From: Candidatus Micrarchaeota archaeon
Lineage (GTDB): Archaea > Micrarchaeota > Micrarchaeia > Anstonellales > Bilamarchaeaceae
Reading direction: 5' to 3'
DNA: 22,267 bases
NCBI GenBank assembly: GCA_018304385.1
Contig: JAGVWJ010000011.1
Coordinates: forward strand, 1-22,267
Notes under the pieces: model-generated
What the model saw: only the letters and a program-made list of their open reading frames with translations
The model's database searches: none
What the model was told of the DNA's origin: nothing
Shown: one piece after another, positions 7,072-15,596 of the stretch
Layout of the letters: each line of letters starts with the position of its first letter
Position numbering within the stretch: the first letter of the stretch is position 1
Made by a program: the position numbers and the translations under genes

Positions 7072-9111
7072 TTATGACTGCACTTCGGGATTTTCAGGCT
7101 TAACCCTTTCACCACTTTTTCTTCTGAAATAAAGATAAAGCGAGGCAACAATAACAACTACCATTATGACTAAGAAGTTCCTGGCTTTCTCATCTGATAA
7201 TATTATTATAATCTTCTTTAGAGGATCAGCACTATCAAAATCAATTGATGCTGTTGATGTTTTCGAGGATACCAAGATATTGCCACGAAGCAGGTTTATC
7301 TTGTGATCTCCTCTATTCTTAGCAAGAAAAGTCATATCTCCATTGGCATCAGTAACAAATTTTGTTTTATTTCCATTAGGATCTTCTATAGTTATTTCGC
7401 ATTTAGCGCAGGGTTTACCATCTTCATATGCTTTTATTCTGGTATTTTCACTCACATTTGTTTTATCCGGAACAACTAGCTCATATGTCCTATCTTTACA
7501 TATATTCTCAGAACAGCGTTTGACTACACTGCAATCACTATCCTTGCAACATTCATAATTTACCCATTTATGATCGCTCGGATAGCCGCATTCTCCCTCT
7601 ACTTTTTCGCACTTATATTCTGATGCATTACAAAACTCATTATCTTCACAATATATATCCTCCTTACATCCAATACATTGCAATTTATTGATATTTAGTA
7701 TTTTTGAGAATAGCGGGTAATCCCTAAGATTAATAGTGTGCTGACCATCTGGAACATTTTCAAAGGTTATGATCCCATCAGCATCAGTAGATTTAAATTC
7801 TGAGTTATATCCACTTCCTACTAAGCTGACAGATGCCCCTTTTAATTTTTTTCCGTTTGCATCACTAATTTTAACTAAAAGTAGATCAGGGCACACCAAT
7901 ATATGGTCTAATTTTATGTCACCGCAGTTATCTTTATCTGCAGTAAATGATGTTGTAGCATAATTGCCAGACTCATCCTTAGCTACAATGGCATAGCTTC
8001 CTTTTTCAATGTCTATTCTTGCAATACCCGAATTATCTGTTGACGCGTACCAAAGTTGATTAGTAAGAGAACTATCACTATATACAGTAACTATCCCGCC
8101 AGCAATTGGATTATTGTTTGCATTCTTAAATTGCACTAATAATTTTTTACATTGATAGTCAACAGCCAAGCTACTATATGCTGGGCAATAAGAAAAATCT
8201 ATTTGTTGGCTTATGGATTTTTGGCCAATATCACTGTAAAATGCATCTATTTTATATGAACCTGCAACAACGTTCTCATATAAGACCTTGCCAGACCCAT
8301 CAGTCTTTTTTGATGATGCTGGTCCATTTGGCCCAGTAAGCGCAATGTCTGCACCAATCACTGGTTCCTTTGTTTTATCGTTTGTAACCGTAACAGTAAT
8401 ACTACGATCGCAAGAAGGATTTGCTTCTATATTGAGTAGGCATTCTGGACCATATGAAAATTTTTTCAGCTCTTTTTTAATCGGATAGGACGAAGGTGGG
8501 TCTATTTCTACATAAAAACTATTCTTATCATCTGCTGGGCCAACAAATGCCTCTCCATTGAGATCAGTAGTAGCACTATTTATTAATTTATTACTGGAAT
8601 CGTATAGATTGACTACAACATTTCTCATAGGATGGTCATCTGAGGATTTTACAGTTGCCTTAACATTATTATTACAATCCAGTTTCGTATCAAATACAAT
8701 ATCCTTAGAACACTCGTCATAAATAAGGTCTTGTTTTGCATAACCGCATTCTGCTGCATAAGTAGGTTGATTTATTGCATAAACACATTGATCTGTGGAA
8801 GGACTACACTGATTAGTTGAAGAGCTAGCCTTACATGCTACGCTTACAGTATAAGTCCCTTCTGGAATGCCATTATAAGTAAGTTCACCAGAATCACCTG
8901 TTATATCTTGCGTTGAGTCTGGTCCTTGTATATCAACATATGCGCCACTGAGCGATTGACCCGTGTCCAAATTTGTTACCCTTATCCCCGCAGTATTTGG
9001 GCAGTCTATAAATCCTGTAATATTAACACAAACTGCATACTCGCATGAGCCTGATGCAAAAGAAACAACAGAAAAAGCAACTAGAAACAAGCTAAGCAAG
9101 AATAAACGCAT
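7072..9111 (-). CDS. Membrane-anchored surface protein A with CnaB/carboxypeptidase-regulatory-like repeats and a Cys-rich domain
   Basis: Signal peptide MRLFLLSLFLVAFSVVSFA. Five repeats of the type xVTVxDxxGxPIxGAxV...TDxxG. CCKDSDC Cys cluster, C-terminal TM helix and basic tail RRKSGE. Confidence 0.85.
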   Translation of the reverse strand: MRLFLLSLFLVAFSVVSFASGSCEYAVCVNITGFIDCPNTAGIRVTNLDTGQSLSGAYVDIQGPDSTQDITGDSGELTYNGIPEGTYTVSVACKASSSTNQCSPSTDQCVYAINQPTYAAECGYAKQDLIYDECSKDIVFDTKLDCNNNVKATVKSSDDHPMRNVVVNLYDSSNKLINSATTDLNGEAFVGPADDKNSFYVEIDPPSSYPIKKELKKFSYGPECLLNIEANPSCDRSITVTVTNDKTKEPVIGADIALTGPNGPASSKKTDGSGKVLYENVVAGSYKIDAFYSDIGQKSISQQIDFSYCPAYSSLAVDYQCKKLLVQFKNANNNPIAGGIVTVYSDSSLTNQLWYASTDNSGIARIDIEKGSYAIVAKDESGNYATTSFTADKDNCGDIKLDHILVCPDLLLVKISDANGKKLKGASVSLVGSGYNSEFKSTDADGIITFENVPDGQHTINLRDYPLFSKILNINKLQCIGCKEDIYCEDNEFCNASEYKCEKVEGECGYPSDHKWVNYECCKDSDCSVVKRCSENICKDRTYELVVPDKTNVSENTRIKAYEDGKPCAKCEITIEDPNGNKTKFVTDANGDMTFLAKNRGDHKINLLRGNILVSSKTSTASIDFDSADPLKKIIIILSDEKARNFLVIMVVVIVASLYLYFRRKSGERVKPENPEVQS

Positions 9112-9129
9112 GATAGTAGTATATCGCTT

Positions 9130-9140
9130 TATAATAAAAA
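9130..9140 (-). promoter_or_regulatory. TATA-like element TTTTTATTATA upstream of surface protein A
   Basis: -19 to -29 from ATG 9111; an identical 11-mer sits upstream of paralog B. Confidence 0.55.
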
Positions 9141-9161
9141 GTTTAGCATAGGGAATATTTA

Positions 9162-11273
9162 TTATGGACTTGTTTGCTCTGGAGTCTCAGGCTTAACTTT
9201 CTCTCCACTCTTTCCTCTATAATGCAAATAAAGTAATGCACCAATAATAACAATAACTATTACGATTAGCCAGTTTCTAATCTTCTCATCAGATAACAAA
9301 GCTATAAGCTTTTTTAGAGGATCCTCTGAACCAATTTCAACAGATGCTGTTGAAGTTTTTGAGGCAACTACTGAACTCCCACTAAGCAAATTTAATTTGT
9401 AATTACCACGATGTGGAGTAAAAAAGGTTGCTTCTCCATTTTCGTTTGTAGTAATCCTTGTTTTATTTCCACTTGGATCTTCTATAGTTATTTCGCAATT
9501 AGCACAAGGCTTACCATCTTCATATGCTTTCACAGGGACATTATCACTTACATTAGTCTGCGAAGGTACAACTATATCATATTTTTTCTCTTTACAAACA
9601 TTATTGTCGCATTTATAACCTGTTTTGCAATCGCTGTCCTTGCAGCATTCGTAATTTACCCATTGATGCTCCTTAGCATAGCCGCATTCTCCTTCTACTT
9701 TTTCGCATTGATATTCTGAAGTATTGCAGGATTCATCAGTTTTACAGATATTGTCATTGCTACATCCAACACATTGTGATTTATCAACTTCGATTGTTTT
9801 GGATATGGAAGCGCTTCCACTACTACCGCTAACAGTATATGACCCAGAAGGAACGGTATCAAAGGAAGCAATACCGTTTGCGTCAGTTGATTTAAAATCT
9901 GACGGACGATTGCTTCCGACTAGCGATATAGAAACACCTTCAAGCGAGTTCCCAGCACTATCAGTTAATTTAATCAAAAGCAGATCAGGGCATACGAAAA
10001 CATGATCTACTTTTATATCTTCACAACTATCTTTATCTGCAGTAAATGATGTGGAGGCATATGCAACAGAATCATAACTTGCAACAACAGTATAGCTTCC
10101 TTTTTCAATTTCAATTACAGCAACGCCTCGTTCATCTGTTTGTGCAGAACCAAGTGGGCCCGCAAACGCAGTATCACCTGATTTGTATACAGTAACAGTT
10201 CCGCCAGCTATTGGAGTTCCATCCGTATTCTTAAATTGCACTAATAATTTTTTACATGTGTATTCTACAGTTAAGACCCCAGCTCCACAGTCTTCAAATG
10301 ATATTTTTTCTGATCTTGTTTTTTGGCCAACATAAGGATGATAAACAGCTATTGAATATGTGCCTGCATCAACATTATTATAAACCACTTGACCATCTTC
10401 ATCTGAGGTTAGCTTTTTTCCAATAACAAATCTATCGGTTCTAGTTAGCGTAACCTCTGCATTTGCAATAGGTTGCAGGGTTTTATTATTTACAACAACA
10501 ATTGAAACGCTGCGATCGCAAGATGGATAAACATGCGTATCTATCAGGCATTCTGCACTGTAAGAAAATGTTTTCTGCTCTTTTTTCTTATTATAAGGCG
10601 AAGCTGGGATTACTTCTACATAAAATGTTTGCTTATCATTTGCAGGGCCAACAAATGCCTCTCCATAAGAATCAGTTGTATCACTGCTTATTAATTCATT
10701 GTTAGAATTGTATAAATAGACTAATGCATTTGCTAAGGGTTGATTGTCTGCTGCACTCTTAACAGTTACTTTTACATTATCATCGCATTGTAGCTGGGTA
10801 TCTACATATATATCTTTAGAACATTCGCTATAGGTTAGGCTAGTTGATTTATACTTATAGGGGTTTGGTGGGGAAACTGATACATAATAATTACCTGGAG
10901 TTGCACCTGTGAAACTCACTTCTCCATTACTATTCGTTGTTCCATATAAAGATGGTCCTGGACCAGTTGCAATAACTGATGCTCCGCTAATTGGCGCACC
11001 AGTTGATGCATCTGTAATTTTTATGACCCAGGTATTTGGACATTCTGTTCTAGCATTAATACTTATTTCCGATGTTGCAGGACAACTATAACAATATTGT
11101 GGGTAATACTGTGGACTATACTCGCACTGAGGGCTGCCTCCAGTACAACCTTGAGAAACCGCCTCTGAGGATGTTAAACAGTATGGTCGATTAGAAGGAC
11201 AAGAATCACTTAAAGGAGCAGATATGATACTGGATATAGCAAATAAAAATAAAGCAATAAATAATAATCGCAT
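9162..11273 (-). CDS. Membrane-anchored surface protein B, paralog of 7072..9111 (703 aa)
   Basis: True start is MRLLFIALFLFAISSIISA at 11273; the 90-aa extension in the ORF track is antisense to the neighbouring gene. Same repeat, Cys-cluster and TM architecture, with shared segments such as CEKVEGECGY and VNYECCKDSDC. Confidence 0.85.
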   Translation of the reverse strand: MRLLFIALFLFAISSIISAPLSDSCPSNRPYCLTSSEAVSQGCTGGSPQCEYSPQYYPQYCYSCPATSEISINARTECPNTWVIKITDASTGAPISGASVIATGPGPSLYGTTNSNGEVSFTGATPGNYYVSVSPPNPYKYKSTSLTYSECSKDIYVDTQLQCDDNVKVTVKSAADNQPLANALVYLYNSNNELISSDTTDSYGEAFVGPANDKQTFYVEVIPASPYNKKKEQKTFSYSAECLIDTHVYPSCDRSVSIVVVNNKTLQPIANAEVTLTRTDRFVIGKKLTSDEDGQVVYNNVDAGTYSIAVYHPYVGQKTRSEKISFEDCGAGVLTVEYTCKKLLVQFKNTDGTPIAGGTVTVYKSGDTAFAGPLGSAQTDERGVAVIEIEKGSYTVVASYDSVAYASTSFTADKDSCEDIKVDHVFVCPDLLLIKLTDSAGNSLEGVSISLVGSNRPSDFKSTDANGIASFDTVPSGSYTVSGSSGSASISKTIEVDKSQCVGCSNDNICKTDESCNTSEYQCEKVEGECGYAKEHQWVNYECCKDSDCKTGYKCDNNVCKEKKYDIVVPSQTNVSDNVPVKAYEDGKPCANCEITIEDPSGNKTRITTNENGEATFFTPHRGNYKLNLLSGSSVVASKTSTASVEIGSEDPLKKLIALLSDEKIRNWLIVIVIVIIGALLYLHYRGKSGEKVKPETPEQTSP

Positions 11274-11293
11274 ATATAATTTTATGAACAATA

Positions 11294-11304
11294 TATAATA
11301 AAAA
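11294..11304 (-). promoter_or_regulatory. TATA-like element TTTTTATTATA upstream of surface protein B (may also serve the divergent + gene)
   Basis: -21 to -31 from ATG 11273; identical to 9130-9140. Confidence 0.55.
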
Positions 11305-11391
11305 TGTTGCATTGGGCAATGAGTCGTGAGCAATGGGCAAAAACGTTCGTGGCTCAAGGCTGATAGCTCACTGCTCAAGGCAGTAGATACT

Positions 11392-12138
11392 ATGATTCCT
11401 GAATTATCCAAATTATTAATTTCATCCATCGAGAAAACGCTTGAAGACCGAGTAGCAATAGCATTTTCTGGTGGATTAGACAGCTCGCTAATTGCGCATA
11501 TTGCAAAGCGAAGTGCAGATGTAGAATTATTTTGCTGTGGCACTGAGAAAAGCGAGGATATTATTTATGCAGAAAAGGCAGCAGGTTTACTTGGGCTATC
11601 ATTATATAAAAGCACACTTAGTGAGCAAGAGATTCTCGAGCTATATAAAAAATGCCATACAATTGTACCTAATGATTTGCTAAAGGTAGAACTGCTTGTT
11701 CCAGTTTACAAGGTTGCTGAGGAAGCGAAAAAACGTGATCATAGTGTATTGTTATTTGGATCTGGAAGCGAAGAGCTCTTTGTTGGTTATGAAAGATATT
11801 ATCGATATAAAGAAGAAGGAAAGGATTTGGATGCTATTTTACAAGAAGAATTTAAAACATTAGTAAATCGCGAGATCGCTTGGGTAAAAAAAGTTTGCTA
11901 TAAGCTTGGCCTAGAAGCAAGATTTCCATTTTATAACCAACAATTAGCTGATTTTGTTTTCAAAATCCCGCTCGAGTTACGTATGGAAGAAAAGGAATTA
12001 AAAAAAGGATTATTGCGCGAGGCTGCGAAATTGCTAAGCTTGCCGGATTTAATGGTACAAAGAAAAAAACGAGCAATGCAATATGGAAGTGGAGTGCATA
12101 AGATTTTACTTAAACATGCAAAGGATTTGAGTAAATAG
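11392..12138 (+). CDS. Asparagine synthetase C-terminal (PP-loop synthetase) domain protein, no glutaminase domain
   Basis: AFSGGLDSS PP-loop, GSGSEELFVGYERY, EARFPFY, KGLLREAA, KKRAMQYGSG. Start is ATG 11392 or GTG 11326. Confidence 0.85.
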   Translation: MIPELSKLLISSIEKTLEDRVAIAFSGGLDSSLIAHIAKRSADVELFCCGTEKSEDIIYAEKAAGLLGLSLYKSTLSEQEILELYKKCHTIVPNDLLKVELLVPVYKVAEEAKKRDHSVLLFGSGSEELFVGYERYYRYKEEGKDLDAILQEEFKTLVNREIAWVKKVCYKLGLEARFPFYNQQLADFVFKIPLELRMEEKELKKGLLREAAKLLSLPDLMVQRKKRAMQYGSGVHKILLKHAKDLSK

Positions 12139-12139
12139 A

Positions 12140-14446
12140 TTATTTCGCATTCGCTTTATGCGCTGCTGCCTTTTCCGCTTTCTTTTGCTCGCGGCGGGCT
12201 AGCTCTTCATGCAAAGCTTGTTTAAACATTACCTCGAATTGCTTCCATGCCTCTGCAAAATTAACATAGCTGTCTTTTTCTAAACTAGAAATAATTTTAT
12301 TTGCACCAGAATTAACGCGAAGTACAAAATCCAATTCAAGCAAATATTTATCATTAAGCTCCTGGCTTGTTTTAAATATTAAATGATACATCTTGCCTTT
12401 GAAGAATGCCTGCAGGATATACTGCTCTGGCGGAATACCTGTTTCCTCGCTTCTGCGCGCAAGCGCAGGTGGAACAAACGCAATATCCAATTCTTTTTCC
12501 AGTTTTCCAAGATCAACTTTAGTTAGATCATTCATGCTTGCCTCTGGATTGCGCAGGAATTTGCATTCTAATATGCATTTATCAATTGCATCCGCACCGC
12601 GAAAGCGGAATGTTTCAACAAACTCGCGCTTTTCCATATCGCTTTGATATTCAAAACCAAGAACGCGGTACATCCTGCCAGAACGGCCAAACCTGAATTT
12701 CTTTAAGAATGTATATCTATCAGTAGCGTACATGCTGTCTGCAGGAATATGCCAAACAAGTTCAAATCTGTCTTGCACATTTTTCAGTGATTCAGCATGA
12801 AGATTATAAAGTAAGAAAACACCAGGCTGCGTATTCAAAATATTAATAACACCTTTTAGCGCAACGCTAGATCGTACTTCGTTAATTATAATTGCAGCAT
12901 CACCTAAACGTAAAGATGCATTAGCCATTGCAATAAGATCCAAACCAGCAGTACCACCAGGTCCGCCTTCTTCACGATCACTGCTCTGCACACGGCCAGC
13001 ATCTATATCAAAATTTCTATTTCTATAAGCAAGAATTGGAATCTCTTCTATATCCTGTAATGCAACAATTCTTTTTTTAGTGCCAATGGCAGTAATCTTC
13101 GCTGCTGTAAATGATGTTTTACCTACGCCTTTTAACCCTAATACAGCTTCGCTGCAGCCTAAGCTAACAAGCACATCATCATATCCAGCGTAGAAAGGTG
13201 AAAATGATTTGAAGAAAAGATATTGCGCGTATGTAAATGGCTTTTCTTTCATTATACGCAGCGCACCTTGATACTCGCCAAATGTAGCAGCAGGATGCTG
13301 TAAATGGCATCGCATGCTCAAACGCTTAACAACAACATCAGCTACTGGTGAGGTTTCATCAAACTTTATATCTCCTAATGTAAGCAATGCATTCTTGAAT
13401 GCACGTGCAAGCATTTCTGCATTATAACGCAGTAGTGTTCTGCAATGGCCATATTTAACATGCTCAATTGCAATGGGCTTATTATTTGCAGTGTATATAT
13501 CAGTTATATTCTCATTATCCAATGCTAGATTTTCTACATGCCCACCTAATCCAACAACCCATGCTGCTACCTCTCTGCCCATTACCTGCGCTTCGCGTGG
13601 TGTTATTTTTTCTCCATCAAGAACTGCTTTGTCTAAAAAGAACTGTCTATAATCCCTCGATTTTAATGGCATGATAATATTGTAATTAATTGCCTCGAAT
13701 GATTCTTTCATCTGACCTTCGATGTGCTGCTTAAGCAAACCTTTTAGATAAGGACTCAATGCTTCTAAAATAGGATTTGTCTGTGCGTATATGAGCGCAT
13801 CGCTACCAGATACTTCATATAACTGCACCTCATATCCATAAGCTAGTTTATAATGCGCATCTGGCTCGCTAAGCGGTTTTGCATCATGAGGGAGATTAAA
13901 AATTAGCAAATCAACATAGTCAAGCAGACCAAGATCAGTTAACGATAAAAATGCAGCACGAAAATCCCCTGTTTTCTTTACTAGATCATACATTTTTGTT
14001 ACAGAAAAAACCTTTAGTATGTTTACTAAAAGTCCTTTGAATTTTTGATGGCCTGCTATGAACACCTGTTTTTCTGGAGGTTCTTCTTTATATCCGGTAA
14101 TCAGGCGCTCAGCTGATAATGGACTAATAAGCATTTCCTCGTAAAACCTTCTAAGTAATTTTTTTCTAAAATCAAATGCTGGGTCTTCTTTTATTCCATA
14201 GATATCTGTGCGTAAAAGCAGCTGTTCTATTTGCTTAATTACATCTGCATATTGTGTTAGCACTGCTGCCCTGCCTTCATCTAATTCAATTACCATCTGC
14301 TCCTTATAGCGGATTGTTTTTATCTCAACATCCTGCGAAGAAAGATCTTTTAGATGAAAGTTGATAAACTCTGGAGATGCAAATTCAAACGGGCATTTGG
14401 ACATATCGACTACTGCGCATGTTCCTTCCAGATATAGTTGACACAT
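12140..14446 (-). CDS. Divergent VirB11/FlaI/TadA-family (type II/IV secretion, type IV pilus) ATPase
   Basis: ITDIYT, Walker A GLKGVGKTS, Asp-box-like LQDIEE, LRLGDAAIIINEVRS (Walker B region), His-box-like LHAES. Long unrecognised N-terminal region. Confidence 0.8.
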   Translation of the reverse strand: MCQLYLEGTCAVVDMSKCPFEFASPEFINFHLKDLSSQDVEIKTIRYKEQMVIELDEGRAAVLTQYADVIKQIEQLLLRTDIYGIKEDPAFDFRKKLLRRFYEEMLISPLSAERLITGYKEEPPEKQVFIAGHQKFKGLLVNILKVFSVTKMYDLVKKTGDFRAAFLSLTDLGLLDYVDLLIFNLPHDAKPLSEPDAHYKLAYGYEVQLYEVSGSDALIYAQTNPILEALSPYLKGLLKQHIEGQMKESFEAINYNIIMPLKSRDYRQFFLDKAVLDGEKITPREAQVMGREVAAWVVGLGGHVENLALDNENITDIYTANNKPIAIEHVKYGHCRTLLRYNAEMLARAFKNALLTLGDIKFDETSPVADVVVKRLSMRCHLQHPAATFGEYQGALRIMKEKPFTYAQYLFFKSFSPFYAGYDDVLVSLGCSEAVLGLKGVGKTSFTAAKITAIGTKKRIVALQDIEEIPILAYRNRNFDIDAGRVQSSDREEGGPGGTAGLDLIAMANASLRLGDAAIIINEVRSSVALKGVINILNTQPGVFLLYNLHAESLKNVQDRFELVWHIPADSMYATDRYTFLKKFRFGRSGRMYRVLGFEYQSDMEKREFVETFRFRGADAIDKCILECKFLRNPEASMNDLTKVDLGKLEKELDIAFVPPALARRSEETGIPPEQYILQAFFKGKMYHLIFKTSQELNDKYLLELDFVLRVNSGANKIISSLEKDSYVNFAEAWKQFEVMFKQALHEELARREQKKAEKAAAHKANAK

Positions 14447-14485
14447 AAATTAGTCTAAACATACAGAATTTTTAAAGGTTATTAA

Positions 14486-15535
14486 TTAGACAAAATTTTC
14501 ATTGCCCACCATATCAATTAAATCAAGTGGAAGCCCCATTAGTTCTAAAAGTTCTGTAACTACTGCTTTTGTTAGAAATGAATTTCCTGCTCCAGTTAGT
14601 TTTATTTTATGCCCAAGTAATCTGGTCGGATCTGATAATAGTTCAGGATCTACCCCACTTGAAAGTAATAGATGTCTAACACCGGGTTGATGTAATTCTA
14701 GTAATTCTTCCACTTCTTTATAATAGATTTGCAGAAATGCATTTTTCTTTTTACCTACGGTGCCAGTCAATCTAACCCTAGCTAAAAGCCTTCTGAATCT
14801 GTTAACAGCATCATTGTAATAATCATCAGGAGTTTGGTTGTACGTTTCAACATATATATCAAACATCCTTCTTGCTGTGCCAATTGGGATAAAGGTGTCA
14901 TCTCCAGCTTCAGGTTTTTGAACCTTGCCAAAGGCTTTTCCGATTTTGCCCCATGTTGCTCTAATTTTTTCAACTGAAGGTGGATCTTCATCTTCAGCTA
15001 GGCCAAATACATCAGCAACCTGCGCCATAGCGCTATCAAAATATCTTTCAAGGCCATCTAGTATGGTTGGATCACTAACAAGTTTTGCAACAAATGTTTC
15101 AATAGCTTGTTTTTTTTGCATGCAACCCGAACATGTTTTTAGGTGTATTGAAGAATATAACCTAGCTTCTTCTGATTTTGATTCATCTATTGCAGTTAGA
15201 ACTAATGCATCTAGAACAGAATGCACTCTTGGTACTAAGTCTGGGTTGTTTACCATCAAAAATATACCTAGTTGGGAAGACAACATATATCTAAGAAGAA
15301 ATCTACACTCCCAATAAGTTTGATCTCCTTTTGCCTTTACTGCTGCTACAGCTAGTTTTGCATCTGAACTTCCTGAATATCCTTGTGTTATTTCTTTAAA
15401 GCGTCTAAGTGCTTCTGGGTCATCTCTGCAAAGTCCAATTATCGTTTCGTCGATTACTGCTTGAGGCACCCTAGTGCGTAATCTAGGCACTTGGAACGTA
15501 TGAATTGGAGGAAGTATTAGCTTTGACCTAGGCAT
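14486..15535 (-). CDS. Hypothetical protein (349 aa) containing an H-x3-C-x2-C motif
   Basis: Long open frame with a helical composition; HLKTCSGC at 15122-15145. Confidence 0.7.
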   Translation of the reverse strand: MPRSKLILPPIHTFQVPRLRTRVPQAVIDETIIGLCRDDPEALRRFKEITQGYSGSSDAKLAVAAVKAKGDQTYWECRFLLRYMLSSQLGIFLMVNNPDLVPRVHSVLDALVLTAIDESKSEEARLYSSIHLKTCSGCMQKKQAIETFVAKLVSDPTILDGLERYFDSAMAQVADVFGLAEDEDPPSVEKIRATWGKIGKAFGKVQKPEAGDDTFIPIGTARRMFDIYVETYNQTPDDYYNDAVNRFRRLLARVRLTGTVGKKKNAFLQIYYKEVEELLELHQPGVRHLLLSSGVDPELLSDPTRLLGHKIKLTGAGNSFLTKAVVTELLELMGLPLDLIDMVGNENFV

Positions 15536-15566
15536 ATAAACCCATTAAAATGTATAAGTGATAACG

Positions 15567-15574
15567 TTTATAAA
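15567..15574. promoter_or_regulatory. Palindromic TATA box TTTATAAA between divergent genes
   Basis: -30 to -23 from ATG 15597, and 32-39 nt from ATG 15535 on the other strand. Confidence 0.6.
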
Positions 15575-15596
15575 GTGTTGTAAATAAAATATTTGC

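Noticed and set aside
11315-11385. Fluoride (crcB) riboswitch, suggested by AATGAG/AATGGG...GCTGATAGCTCA
   Set aside because: The P1 stem cannot form, the conserved GAUG is AAUG, and the downstream gene is not a typical crcB-regulated gene.
11274-11543. 90-aa N-terminal extension of surface protein B in the ORF track
   Set aside because: It overlaps the AsnB-like gene on the opposite strand, and the signal peptide and TATA box point to ATG 11273.
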